From a virus: a stretch of 64,000 nt of DNA. Under the pieces are notes generated by a model. It worked only from the letters and a program-made list of their open reading frames with translations, was not told where the DNA came from and did not search any database. This document shows, piece by piece, positions 49,100 to 57,543 of the stretch. A program made the translations under genes and the position numbers. Where the stretch lies: positions 32,001 to 96,000 of the IMG/VR virus record IMGVR_UViG_3300045988_169928; one strand, given 5' to 3'. Numbering within the stretch: the stretch's first letter is position 1; each line of letters opens with the position of its first letter.

Positions 49100-49294
49100 T
49101 TGAAGCAAGAAGATATGACAGAGTTAGATAAGGCTAAGGCTGTTATCGTTGACAAGAATAATAGCTTTGCCAAATTAAGAGAAGTGGCCGGTGGTTCTAT
49201 TTCACGTCTTAATGTCTACCGTCATAACCCTGAAAAGTTAAGAACAGCAAGGTGGATTGTTGTTCACAATCTAGCTAGTCTGTATCATGAATAG
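49100..49294 (+). CDS. Small protein, possibly DNA-binding.
   Basis: ORF of 64 aa with a TTG or ATG start. It follows a promoter with an extended -10 (TGaTATAAT at about 49060-49068) and precedes the antirepressor gene. Confidence 0.4.
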   Translation: MKQEDMTELDKAKAVIVDKNNSFAKLREVAGGSISRLNVYRHNPEKLRTARWIVVHNLASLYHE

Positions 49295-49305
49295 AAGGAA
49301 TAAAC

Positions 49306-50118
49306 ATGGAAAACAAATTACAACTATTTGATTTCAAAGGGCAACAAGTCCGCACAGTGATCATTGACAATGAGCCTTACTTCGTTGGTAAGGACGTTGC
49401 AATGATTCTTGGATATAAAGATTTAAGCCGTGCTCTTAATCAGCACGTAGAAAAAGAAAGCCGCAAGTCCTTGTCCCTCAAGGCTTCGGGCGATTCGTAC
49501 CCTAGCCTATGGGAAGGCAAAAACGATTTTTCAAATAAGATAGTAATTAATGAGTCGGGAGTTTATGATTTGATTTTTAATTCCCAATTACCGAAAGCTC
49601 ATGAGTTCAAACACTGGGTCACTAGCGAAGTCCTCCCATCAATTCGCAAGCACGGTGCCTATTTAACGCCAGACAAGATTGAGGAAGTCTTGTTGAACCC
49701 AGATACTTTGATTAAACTTGCAACAGAACTCAAGAAAGAACGTGAAGGGCGTGTGTTGGCTGAACAAAAAATCCAACAGGATCGTCCAAAAGTCTTATTC
49801 GCTGACGCAGTATCAGCAAGTGACACGCCTATTCTAATTGGTGAGTTAACAAAGATCTTAAAGCAAAATGGGATTGAGATTGGACAGAACCGATTGTTTG
49901 TTTGGTTAAGGAGTAAAGGCTACCTAATCTCACGGAATGGTACAGACTACAATACACCAACACAGAAAAGCATGGAATTAGGTCTATTTAAGATTAAAGA
50001 ACGCACCCGTGTTTCTAGTGACGGTAGTGTTAAGATCACTAAGACGTCAATGGTAACGGGTAAAGGTCAGCAATACTTTGTTAATAAGTTTTTAGGCGAG
50101 AAATATAGTATCAAGTAA
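49306..50118 (+). CDS. Antirepressor (Ant) with Bro-N and KilA-C domains.
   Basis: ORF of 270 aa. The N-terminus FDFKGQQVRTVIIDNEPYFVGKDVAMILGY is a Bro-N motif. The C-terminus resembles KilA-C (ILIGELTKIL...FVWLRSKGYLI). Confidence 0.7.
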   Translation: MENKLQLFDFKGQQVRTVIIDNEPYFVGKDVAMILGYKDLSRALNQHVEKESRKSLSLKASGDSYPSLWEGKNDFSNKIVINESGVYDLIFNSQLPKAHEFKHWVTSEVLPSIRKHGAYLTPDKIEEVLLNPDTLIKLATELKKEREGRVLAEQKIQQDRPKVLFADAVSASDTPILIGELTKILKQNGIEIGQNRLFVWLRSKGYLISRNGTDYNTPTQKSMELGLFKIKERTRVSSDGSVKITKTSMVTGKGQQYFVNKFLGEKYSIK

Positions 50119-50130
50119 AGGAGTTTTACA

Positions 50131-50880
50131 ATGAAATATAAAGAATTTATTCAAGCAGTTGATTCATTAACTAATGAGGCTTTAGTAGCAAACAAGGAGG
50201 CTATTCCTTGGAAGGTCGATATTGATGATCAAGATGTTAAAGTAGTTAATCAAAAGACGGGTCAGCCATTGCTTAAAATCAGTAAACATACTTATGGTAC
50301 TATGCTAGTATATCAACTAACTGATTCAACAGCAGTTAGTATCTTTGAGGAGGCGGTTTTGCTTAATGAAACTCCTCTAGATGAACGTGATGAAGTTGTT
50401 AATTACAATCCCTTACATGATTCCATTAACTTTTTGAAGGAAGTATCTAGCCAACTTACTCGAGGGTTGACCCAACAAAACTGGAACTCAAATGGGGAAG
50501 AATATCGGACGTTTTACTTTGTATGTTTCAAGTTGTGGGCAACCAAAGAATTTGTAACAGTTAATGGCCCACACTTACAAGGGTCTTTATCATTAAAATG
50601 TAAGTCTACGGACACTTTTGAGGATAAGATTAAGAGTTTGATTCATATGGCTAACATATTCAAAGACGCCTTATCTTTGCGTGAAGAAACCATTAATTCG
50701 GCTTTGGAAGTTCTAGATGACCATAAAGATGATCCATCACTCCAGTTTAGCATGGGTAGGATTATCATTAATAACAAGCATATTATTATCTCTACTGATT
50801 CTGGTGCCTACTTCATGTGGACAAATAAGCCAACCTATTTTGGATCACAAAAAAAGTTCCACGAAATCCTTGACGACTAA
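50131..50880 (+). CDS. Hypothetical protein.
   Basis: ORF of 249 aa. Confidence 0.45.
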   Translation: MKYKEFIQAVDSLTNEALVANKEAIPWKVDIDDQDVKVVNQKTGQPLLKISKHTYGTMLVYQLTDSTAVSIFEEAVLLNETPLDERDEVVNYNPLHDSINFLKEVSSQLTRGLTQQNWNSNGEEYRTFYFVCFKLWATKEFVTVNGPHLQGSLSLKCKSTDTFEDKIKSLIHMANIFKDALSLREETINSALEVLDDHKDDPSLQFSMGRIIINNKHIIISTDSGAYFMWTNKPTYFGSQKKFHEILDD

Positions 50881-50899
50881 ACTTTAGTATGCTATTATA

Positions 50900-51480
50900 A
50901 TAAATGTAAACTTGAAGTGGGTGAATAAGGGTCTTGCAAACCCGCCCCTCATGATTACCTGTAAAGCACCTAAGACGTGGTTAAATGGTAGCTTAACTAT
51001 TTCAATTGGTAACAGGTAATAGTGTTACCAACTAGAGAAAAAAATCTAGGGTGGTGGTAATCATGGAAATTAGCTTGAGGATTTAGGGTAGCCACGGACT
51101 GGCTAACCACAATACTATACCCGTAGTTAAATCGCCTTGAACAAGCGAATGACCCAAAGCGGGAGGTCTCATTAAGGTAGTTACCGATGAAGCGTGGTAA
51201 CACGTGTATAACAGTCCAGTGGTGTATGAGTAGCTAACGGTACATAAACAGCAAATTTATGTATATTACAATCTATGCTTACGCTTAGTGAAAGTTGGTG
51301 GGTACCGATCCCAGCCCAGCCTTGGCCATTTGCTATCAGAGCTGTTTGTTGACGAATAAATAGTAAGCCTGATAGGTGCTGTCACCTAATAAAGTCTGTT
51401 TGCTGATATTCCACGTAAACCAATACGCAAGTTTATAAAAGAAGCTCACTACCCAATATGGGTGGTGGGCTTTTATTGTA
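50900..51480. ncRNA. Second candidate structured non-coding RNA of about 0.6 kb, possibly ROOL/GOLLD-class.
   Basis: A 615-nt gap (50881..51495) in an otherwise tightly packed plus-strand operon. It is GC-richer than its flanks and has multiple stems, for example TTGGTAACA-ggtaatag-TGTTACCAA at about 51004-51029 and GTTACC-gatgaagcgt-GGTAAC at about 51180-51202. Confidence 0.35.
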
Positions 51481-51495
51481 TATTACAATTGATAG

Positions 51496-52428
51496 GTGGT
51501 GAAAAGAATGTCTTTAAAAGATATACAAGATTATTTTACAATTGTAGATGACGCAGGTAGCTTACAGAATTATACAGGCAACCCAGATTATGCGTTAGAT
51601 GATAAATGGAAGAATATCAGCCTAGATGATTTAGGGTTAAATAAAGATATTATTCAACAGGAATTACTTGGTTTAGGGAGGGATTTAGTAGACCCAGTAA
51701 CTGGTGAATCCTATTCAGATGAGTTCTATCAGAATATGTTAATTCGGGCAGTCTCACAAACAGAGAAGAAGTTTGACTTGGCAATTCTTCCTCGGTTACA
51801 AGTTGATCGGCTAGACTATCACCGGAATGATTTTAATGCGTTTGCTTATATGAATACAACTTTACGGCCAATTTTGACGGTAAAAGATTTAACATTGTAC
51901 TATAACAATCAAACGATTATGCGAGTTCCTATGGAATGGGTCAAGGTTAATAATCGTTCGGGTCAGATTCAGGTTTCTCCTAGTATCTTAATGCAAGGGT
52001 TAAATACAACCATTAACCCGACTATCTACCCAATCCTTTCTAACCCGTATGGTATGGCTCCAACACCATTCCAACAGATTGAAGTAAGTCCTCAAATGCT
52101 AGGGGTAACATCTGTTGTGGGTATGATGCCGGCTAGTGATCGAATTGGTGAGTTCCATGACTATCAGATTCAGCCAGACGTCCAATCCTATGTGGCTAAA
52201 CTAGCCGCAATTGAAATTCTAGAAAAGTGGGGTCGTAACATTATCGGGGCTGGGATTGCTTCCTATAATGTTTCGATGGACGGAATTTCAACGGGAATGA
52301 ACACCACAGCAAGTGCCGAAAATACGGCTACCACGGCTGATATTAAGTTACTACAATCAGATATGAAATCTTTAGCAGACGGTATCAAAGCATACTATGG
52401 TAACCCAGAAATTGGTTTTTACAATTAA
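51496..52428 (+). CDS. Hypothetical, probably structural, protein. Its last 18-22 codons are duplicated, with synonymous recoding, at the end of the next ORF.
   Basis: ORF of 310 aa (the probable start is the ATG at 51508, with the RBS AGGTGGTGAAAAG). The C-terminus is ..DMKSLADGIKAYYGNPEIGFYN. Confidence 0.55.
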   Translation: MVKRMSLKDIQDYFTIVDDAGSLQNYTGNPDYALDDKWKNISLDDLGLNKDIIQQELLGLGRDLVDPVTGESYSDEFYQNMLIRAVSQTEKKFDLAILPRLQVDRLDYHRNDFNAFAYMNTTLRPILTVKDLTLYYNNQTIMRVPMEWVKVNNRSGQIQVSPSILMQGLNTTINPTIYPILSNPYGMAPTPFQQIEVSPQMLGVTSVVGMMPASDRIGEFHDYQIQPDVQSYVAKLAAIEILEKWGRNIIGAGIASYNVSMDGISTGMNTTASAENTATTADIKLLQSDMKSLADGIKAYYGNPEIGFYN

Positions 52429-52489
52429 AGCTATTGATAAATAAAACAAACTTCTGTATTATTGATGATGTAGATACGGGGGGTTTATT

Positions 52490-53428
52490 ATGGTAAAACG
52501 TAAAACAGATAAACAATTTAAACAAGAGGTCTTTGACCTAGTAGGTAATGAATATACATTCTTAGATACTTATGTTAATACTATGACTAAGATAAGAGTT
52601 AAACATAATAAATGTGGGAATACCTACGAGGTAACACCTGATAATTTTCTACATGGCAATCGTTGTTCATATTGTGCAGGTAATGCTAGGAAAACAGATA
52701 AACAATTTAAACAAGAAGTATTTGACCTAGTAGGTAGTGAATACACATTTTTAGATAAATATGTTAATAGTCAAACCAAGTTAAGGGTTAAGCATAATAA
52801 TTGTGGAAATGTTTACAGGGTTATCCCCAATAATTTTCTTAGGGGTAAGCGTTGTTCATATTGTTATGGTAATACTAAGAAAACAGATAAACAATTTAAA
52901 CAAGAAGTCTTTGACCTAGTAGGTAATGAGTATACATTCTTAGATCCTTATGTTAGTAACGAGACTAAGATAAGAGTTAAACATAATAAATGTGGAAATG
53001 TATATAAGGTAATACCCACTAATTTTCTTAGGGGTAAGCGTTGTCCTTTTTGCACCGACACCCCTAAAGGTGAACTTATTATCATTAAAATTTTAGATAA
53101 GCTAGGTATTAATTATGATTACCAGAAAACGTTTGATGATCTGAAAGATGATAGGCTTTTATCCTATGATTTCTATCTTCCAGATCAGAATATCCTAATT
53201 GAGTACCAAGGACTACAACATTACCAACCAATTGATTACTTTGGTGGAGAAACTAAGTTTAAAATCCAACAGAAACATGACCAGATGAAGTTGAATTATG
53301 CTAAAAAACATGGATACAATTTAATCTTAGTTCCATACACAGTAGATACTTTACCTAAGATTATGAAGGATCTGGCCAATGGTATTAAGGCTTACTATGG
53401 AAATCCAGAGGTTGGTTTCTACAACTAA
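52490..53428 (+). CDS. Putative homing endonuclease: three tandem zinc-ribbon repeats, a PD-(D/E)XK domain (DUF559/Vsr-like), and a C-terminal 22 aa that copies the upstream gene's C-terminus.
   Basis: ORF of 312 aa with three ~62-aa repeats (KTDKQFKQEVFDLVG.EYTFLD.YV...TK.RVKHN.CGN.Y.V.P.NFL.G.RC.YC). YDFYLPDQNILIEYQGLQHY matches the DUF559 motif. The C-terminus IMKDLANGIKAYYGNPEVGFYN is a protein-level duplicate of the upstream gene's end but with divergent codons. Confidence 0.55.
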   Translation: MVKRKTDKQFKQEVFDLVGNEYTFLDTYVNTMTKIRVKHNKCGNTYEVTPDNFLHGNRCSYCAGNARKTDKQFKQEVFDLVGSEYTFLDKYVNSQTKLRVKHNNCGNVYRVIPNNFLRGKRCSYCYGNTKKTDKQFKQEVFDLVGNEYTFLDPYVSNETKIRVKHNKCGNVYKVIPTNFLRGKRCPFCTDTPKGELIIIKILDKLGINYDYQKTFDDLKDDRLLSYDFYLPDQNILIEYQGLQHYQPIDYFGGETKFKIQQKHDQMKLNYAKKHGYNLILVPYTVDTLPKIMKDLANGIKAYYGNPEVGFYN

Positions 53429-53508
53429 ACGTCTATTTAAGATAAAGTTTGCTAATATAGCTATATTGAAAGTAGTAAATTAAATCACTTAACAGAAAAG
53501 GGGATTAT

Positions 53509-55374
53509 ATGGCAACACTAACTAAATCATCTGAAACGATGAAGTTAATTTATCCTAAGGAAACTAATACACGTCCACACGTTGCAACACAATACAATGA
53601 TAACGCATTAAATAATGTTGCAGGTTCTTCGTCCAAGAATATCTTCCTATTAGGATCAGCAACAGAAGGCAACCCAGATAATATCTATGAAGTTAAATCA
53701 TCTTCCCAAGCTCGGGCCATTTTTGGGTCTGGTGATCTGGTTGAAGCAATGGAATTAATCTGGAACCCAACAGGTAGCTACTACCAAAATGGTGGGACAA
53801 TCTATGCACAACGGGTTGAAAATGCAACCCAAGCTCAATTGGTCAAGGGGCCTTTAACTTTTACTTCTACTGTTTATGGGGCAAGTGCTAATAAGGTATC
53901 TGTTTCATTTAACAAGAACCCTGTATCTGGGGCTTATGATTTCCATGTTGATTATGAACCCAAGATGTATTCCCAAACGTACATGAGTATTGGTAATCTC
54001 TTTACGATTGGTTATGACCCGACTTCTTCCAATGTAACGGGGGCTGGGTATAAGATTACAGGTGATCTTTCTGGTGCCCAAACCTTTGAGATTGTACTGA
54101 ATACGTCTGGTGCGTCACAACCAGTCCTAACGATGGATTTAACCAGTACCGCTTACAATAACATTGGTAAGGTTATTACAGCAATTAGTGCATTACCTGG
54201 TTTTACCGTTACCACATTAAAGAGCTGTGCTAACATTGATTCAACCACTTTGGACTTGACCAGTGGTAGTGGTTATCTTACTTTGGGGACTGGTTCCGCA
54301 CCAACCACGATTACCGACTTCTATGGTGACTTACTTTACACCACTCGCTATGATGATTATGTAGGTATTAGTGTTAATCGTTTAGGGGCACCAACAGGTG
54401 TAAGTGCCGAGGCTAGTGGTAGTGACACGGTAGTTACTGCTAATGCACAAGAGATCACTTTTGTACCATTTGACGCTACTAATCTTTCTGGCGGTAGCGA
54501 TGGTAATGTACCAGTTTCATGGGCTGATAAGTTCCAGAACGTTCATGAGGTCAATGCTTACTACATTGTTCCATTGACGAGTGAAGAAAACATTCACGCC
54601 GAACTGAAAGAGTTCTTAAATGAAGAAGAAATTCTTGGCTACAACTACTTTGGTTGGGTTGGTGGTGGATTTAATGAAAGTATGAGCGCCGCCATCAACC
54701 GGCAAACGGCTTTAAAGTCTGATCGTATTGCCTTAGTAGCTAACTCTGGGTATTACAATAGTCTCAGTGGGAAAGTCGTTCACGCACCTGCTTATCTAAT
54801 GGCCGCCTATGTAGCGGGGGTTGCTAGTTCCTTGGGTGTTGGCGATTCTGTTACCCACAAATATCTGGAATTAACTAGTCTTGACCAAAATTTCAATGGT
54901 GATGAATTGAACGCCCTTGATGATAATGGGGTTATCGCAATTGAGAAGGTAGTTAACCGCAACCAATCTGGTGGCTACCGGATTGTCGAAGATGTTACTA
55001 CTTACAACTCCACGAATGAACCAGTTAAGAACCTAGTTTCACTTCGGGAAATCACCGACTACTTATTTGATGATCTTCGTATCTATCTTGAAGATACCTT
55101 TATCGGTTCCAGCGTAGTAAATACGACAGGGAGTTTAATCGCTAGTTTTATTGAAGCATTCTTGAAGCAAAAGGTTAGTGAAGGTCTGTTAGCAAGTTAT
55201 GATCAGCAAAGCATTACTTGTACCATTGATGGTAATAGCGCCTACGTTGCCTTTAGTGCCGCACCTGCACGTGAAGTACGGACAATTCTCGTAAGTGGTA
55301 CTTACACTAACTTCACTAGCACAACTTCTCAAGACAATTCTAATTATACTACCAATAATGGTGTAACTGGTTAA
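53509..55374 (+). CDS. Tail sheath protein.
   Basis: ORF of 621 aa. The N-terminal block NIFLLGSATEGNPDNIYEVKSSSQARAIFGSG...GGTIYAQRV and the C-terminal block VHAPAYLMAAYVAGVASSLGVGDSVTHKYL resemble conserved contractile-sheath motifs. The call is from memory of the family, not from an alignment. Confidence 0.6.
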   Translation: MATLTKSSETMKLIYPKETNTRPHVATQYNDNALNNVAGSSSKNIFLLGSATEGNPDNIYEVKSSSQARAIFGSGDLVEAMELIWNPTGSYYQNGGTIYAQRVENATQAQLVKGPLTFTSTVYGASANKVSVSFNKNPVSGAYDFHVDYEPKMYSQTYMSIGNLFTIGYDPTSSNVTGAGYKITGDLSGAQTFEIVLNTSGASQPVLTMDLTSTAYNNIGKVITAISALPGFTVTTLKSCANIDSTTLDLTSGSGYLTLGTGSAPTTITDFYGDLLYTTRYDDYVGISVNRLGAPTGVSAEASGSDTVVTANAQEITFVPFDATNLSGGSDGNVPVSWADKFQNVHEVNAYYIVPLTSEENIHAELKEFLNEEEILGYNYFGWVGGGFNESMSAAINRQTALKSDRIALVANSGYYNSLSGKVVHAPAYLMAAYVAGVASSLGVGDSVTHKYLELTSLDQNFNGDELNALDDNGVIAIEKVVNRNQSGGYRIVEDVTTYNSTNEPVKNLVSLREITDYLFDDLRIYLEDTFIGSSVVNTTGSLIASFIEAFLKQKVSEGLLASYDQQSITCTIDGNSAYVAFSAAPAREVRTILVSGTYTNFTSTTSQDNSNYTTNNGVTG

Positions 55375-55382
55375 TTTTAGGG

Positions 55383-55507
55383 TTGACATATTGTAATAGT
55401 ATGTTATGATTAAGTTAATACTCCATATATAGTTTTGATGTCAGTCAAAGGACATTCCTAGTGGAAAGGCTGTCTTGTATTAGTTTACAAGGTGGTCTTT
55501 TTATTTT
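55383..55507 (+). ncRNA. Promoter P1 plus a ~90-nt transcript ending at terminator T1; candidate small RNA 1.
   Basis: TTGACA (55383-55388), a 16-nt spacer, then TATGAT (55405-55410). The terminator is CTTGTA-ttagtt-TACAAG followed by gtggtcTTTTTATTTT (55474-55507). There is no ORF. Confidence 0.45.
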
Positions 55508-55518
55508 AGAACAATCTA

Positions 55519-55700
55519 TTGACATTACCATATCAAAATGATACTATATAGTTACATTAATTTAGTCGTTAAGTTAATGTTGGTTAAGTTTACTAACCCC
55601 TTGGTAGCAAAGTATTGTGACGAGACTTGTGCGGTAGGTAGCTTGACATTATTCAGTGCAAAGGCTGTCTTGTATTGGTTTACAGGACAGTTTTTATTTT
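55519..55700 (+). ncRNA. Promoter P2 plus a ~145-nt transcript ending at terminator T2; candidate small RNA 2.
   Basis: TTGACA (55519-55524), a 17-nt spacer, then TACTAT (55542-55547). The terminator is CTGTCTTGTA-ttggt-TACAGGACAG followed by TTTTTATTTT (55665-55700). The 3' ~45 nt repeat the 3' end of sRNA 1. Confidence 0.45.
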
Positions 55701-55720
55701 AGATTTTTTAACAAAAAGTA

Positions 55721-55749
55721 TTGACACTATCTCTACTTGTGGTATTATA
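55721..55749 (+). promoter_or_regulatory. Promoter P3 for the 55796 gene cluster.
   Basis: TTGACA (55721-55726), a 17-nt spacer, then tgGTATTATA (55741-55750), which may be an extended -10. Confidence 0.55.
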
Positions 55750-55795
55750 TAGTTGTCGAAAGGATAAGGACAAAAAGAAAAGGAGAATCATAATT

Positions 55796-55951
55796 ATGGA
55801 TAAGAAGTACGAAGATTACAGTTTTGAAAACGACTTAGGTTATGACGAATACCTTTGGTATCGTGATCACCCAGAAGAAGCTAAGAAGGAAAAGGGATAC
55901 GAGTTTGACCAATGGCAAAAGCAAGCCATCATGGACGACAAGGCAGAGTAG
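55796..55951 (+). CDS. Small acidic protein.
   Basis: The likely start is the ATG at 55796 (MDKKYEDYSF..) with the RBS AAAGGAGA. The ORF track begins at an upstream Met at 55721. Confidence 0.45.
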   Translation: MDKKYEDYSFENDLGYDEYLWYRDHPEEAKKEKGYEFDQWQKQAIMDDKAE

Positions 55952-55963
55952 GAGGTTTACCCA

Positions 55964-56188
55964 ATGGCAAAAGGATCAAGACGGTATTGGCATAAGTACA
56001 TCGTTATGAGAGAGATGGCTCATAAAAATTTGTATCGAGGCATTGACACAGATTTGTCACTTCATGTCAACTTCGTTCGCGAGTTGAATCACCTACCCAA
56101 GTATCACGGTACCAAGTACCGCGGACTAAAAAGGTGGTTGGCAAAAGAAAATTCAACAGCAAAATTAACTAAGGAGGACAAAAGATGA
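55964..56188 (+). CDS. Small basic protein, paralog A.
   Basis: ORF of 74 aa. RRYWHKYIVMREMAHK...DTD...LPKYHGTKYRGLKRWLAK is a paralog of ORF 56610..56831. Confidence 0.55.
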   Translation: MAKGSRRYWHKYIVMREMAHKNLYRGIDTDLSLHVNFVRELNHLPKYHGTKYRGLKRWLAKENSTAKLTKEDKR

Positions 56189-56382
56189 AAATTTATGAGG
56201 TGTTCACAGAAGTTTTACAAGGGCCAAGCCATGTAGTAGTCGCTAACAATAAAAGCGAAGCTATTGAGATGACGATTAATTATCTCAACCAATCCCCAAC
56301 ACACCATGTATATAAGCCTTCTGATTTCTATGCTGGTGTTATTAATGTTGACAAGTTGTCAGAGCCAACAATTATTTGTTAG
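56185..56382 (+). CDS. Small hypothetical protein.
   Basis: ORF of 65 aa with the RBS AAGGAGGA. Confidence 0.45.
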   Translation: MKIYEVFTEVLQGPSHVVVANNKSEAIEMTINYLNQSPTHHVYKPSDFYAGVINVDKLSEPTIIC

Positions 56383-56394
56383 GAGTGATGATAG

Positions 56395-56613
56395 ATGGAG
56401 ATAGATAAGCATTTCATAGAACAAGAGAAATTAGATGAAGAAACAATTAACCAAGTTATTAAAGGATTTCAAAATGCAGGGGAACAATATAATGGCCTTC
56501 AATGTGCAATTGCAATGGAAATCCTATTAAGAACTCTATGCCCAGAAGAAGAACAAAGAACCTTGGTTAAGGAACTTGTAGATAACTTCTATAATGTTGA
56601 GGTGGATAAATGA
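56395..56613 (+). CDS. Small hypothetical protein.
   Basis: ORF of 72 aa. Confidence 0.45.
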   Translation: MEIDKHFIEQEKLDEETINQVIKGFQNAGEQYNGLQCAIAMEILLRTLCPEEEQRTLVKELVDNFYNVEVDK

Positions 56614-56831
56614 CAAAAATAAATCCTAGATCTAGACGTTCTTGGCACAAATACATTGTCATGAACGAGAAGGCTAACAAAAGCGTAGATCGATGTGTTG
56701 ACACGGATTGGCCAATGTTTATCAATTGGCAAGCGAAGCATATGCACCTACCAAAGTACCAAGGCACCAAGTACCGTGGACAAAGAAGATGGTTGGCAAA
56801 AGGAAAGGTAACTAAAGGAGATAAAAAATGA
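56610..56831 (+). CDS. Small basic protein, paralog B.
   Basis: ORF of 73 aa. RRSWHKYIVMNEKANK...DTD...LPKYQGTKYRGQRRWLAK. Confidence 0.55.
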   Translation: MTKINPRSRRSWHKYIVMNEKANKSVDRCVDTDWPMFINWQAKHMHLPKYQGTKYRGQRRWLAKGKVTKGDKK

Positions 56832-57235
56832 CTGGTCAAAGGTTTATTAGTTTTGCAAAGTATAAAGTTCTACAATGGCTATGGCACAATGTTGAAGATA
56901 TGGACGGTATCAGTTACAATGACATTTTCGTTGTTTGGTACTCTAAGACCTTACAGAACCGTAAGGTACTCCTAGGAACTTGCTTTACCAATCATTATTT
57001 TGAATGCACGTTCAATGGAGATAAGGGTGAAATGTATGTTGACGTATACGACAAGGTTCAAAATGAATGTTTCAAGGTTACACAATTAAATAATGCAGAG
57101 ACGTCTAACGGTAATAAAGAAGAAATGGACGTGTACAAGAAAGTACAAAACGTATGCGTTAAGGTTGGCAAAAAGAAATTTAGTATCAGAGATTTAATCT
57201 CAAAGTTAACTAAAGGTGGTAAAAATGGGAAATAA
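56828..57235 (+). CDS. Hypothetical protein with an internal duplicated motif.
   Basis: ORF of 135 aa. GDKGEMYVDVYDKVQNECFKV and GNKEEMDVYKKVQNVCVKV are internal copies. Confidence 0.45.
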   Translation: MTGQRFISFAKYKVLQWLWHNVEDMDGISYNDIFVVWYSKTLQNRKVLLGTCFTNHYFECTFNGDKGEMYVDVYDKVQNECFKVTQLNNAETSNGNKEEMDVYKKVQNVCVKVGKKKFSIRDLISKLTKGGKNGK

Positions 57236-57524
57236 TAAAACCTGTCCGTACTGTCACGAACAAAAGGACATAATTAACACACTGGATCATAGTCGGATTT
57301 ATGTTGCCGGTATGGAACAACCCGGTCAAGTTGTTCATATCTATGATAATCGACTGATCTGTGAGGAGCAGACAATCGAATCACGAAAAATTAATTTTTG
57401 TCCAATGTGTGGACGAAAACTTGACAATGGTAAAGAGAAACATAAAACAAAACCTAAGGCCGATAGTAAGAAACCAAAAACAAATTATATTGATGAAGTA
57501 TTAACGCAGTTTGAAAGAAAATAA
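57216..57524 (+). CDS. Zinc-ribbon protein.
   Basis: ORF of 102 aa containing CPYCHEQ...CPMCGRKL. Confidence 0.45.
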   Translation: MVKMGNNKTCPYCHEQKDIINTLDHSRIYVAGMEQPGQVVHIYDNRLICEEQTIESRKINFCPMCGRKLDNGKEKHKTKPKADSKKPKTNYIDEVLTQFERK

Positions 57525-57543
57525 ATCTAGGAGTGAAAGACTA

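Noticed and set aside
52429-52489. A group I intron housing the homing endonuclease.
   Set aside because: Only 61 nt separate the upstream stop from the HEG start, and the HEG ORF runs in-frame into the duplicated 3' end. That is far too short for a group I catalytic core, so I interpret it as an intron-less insertion.
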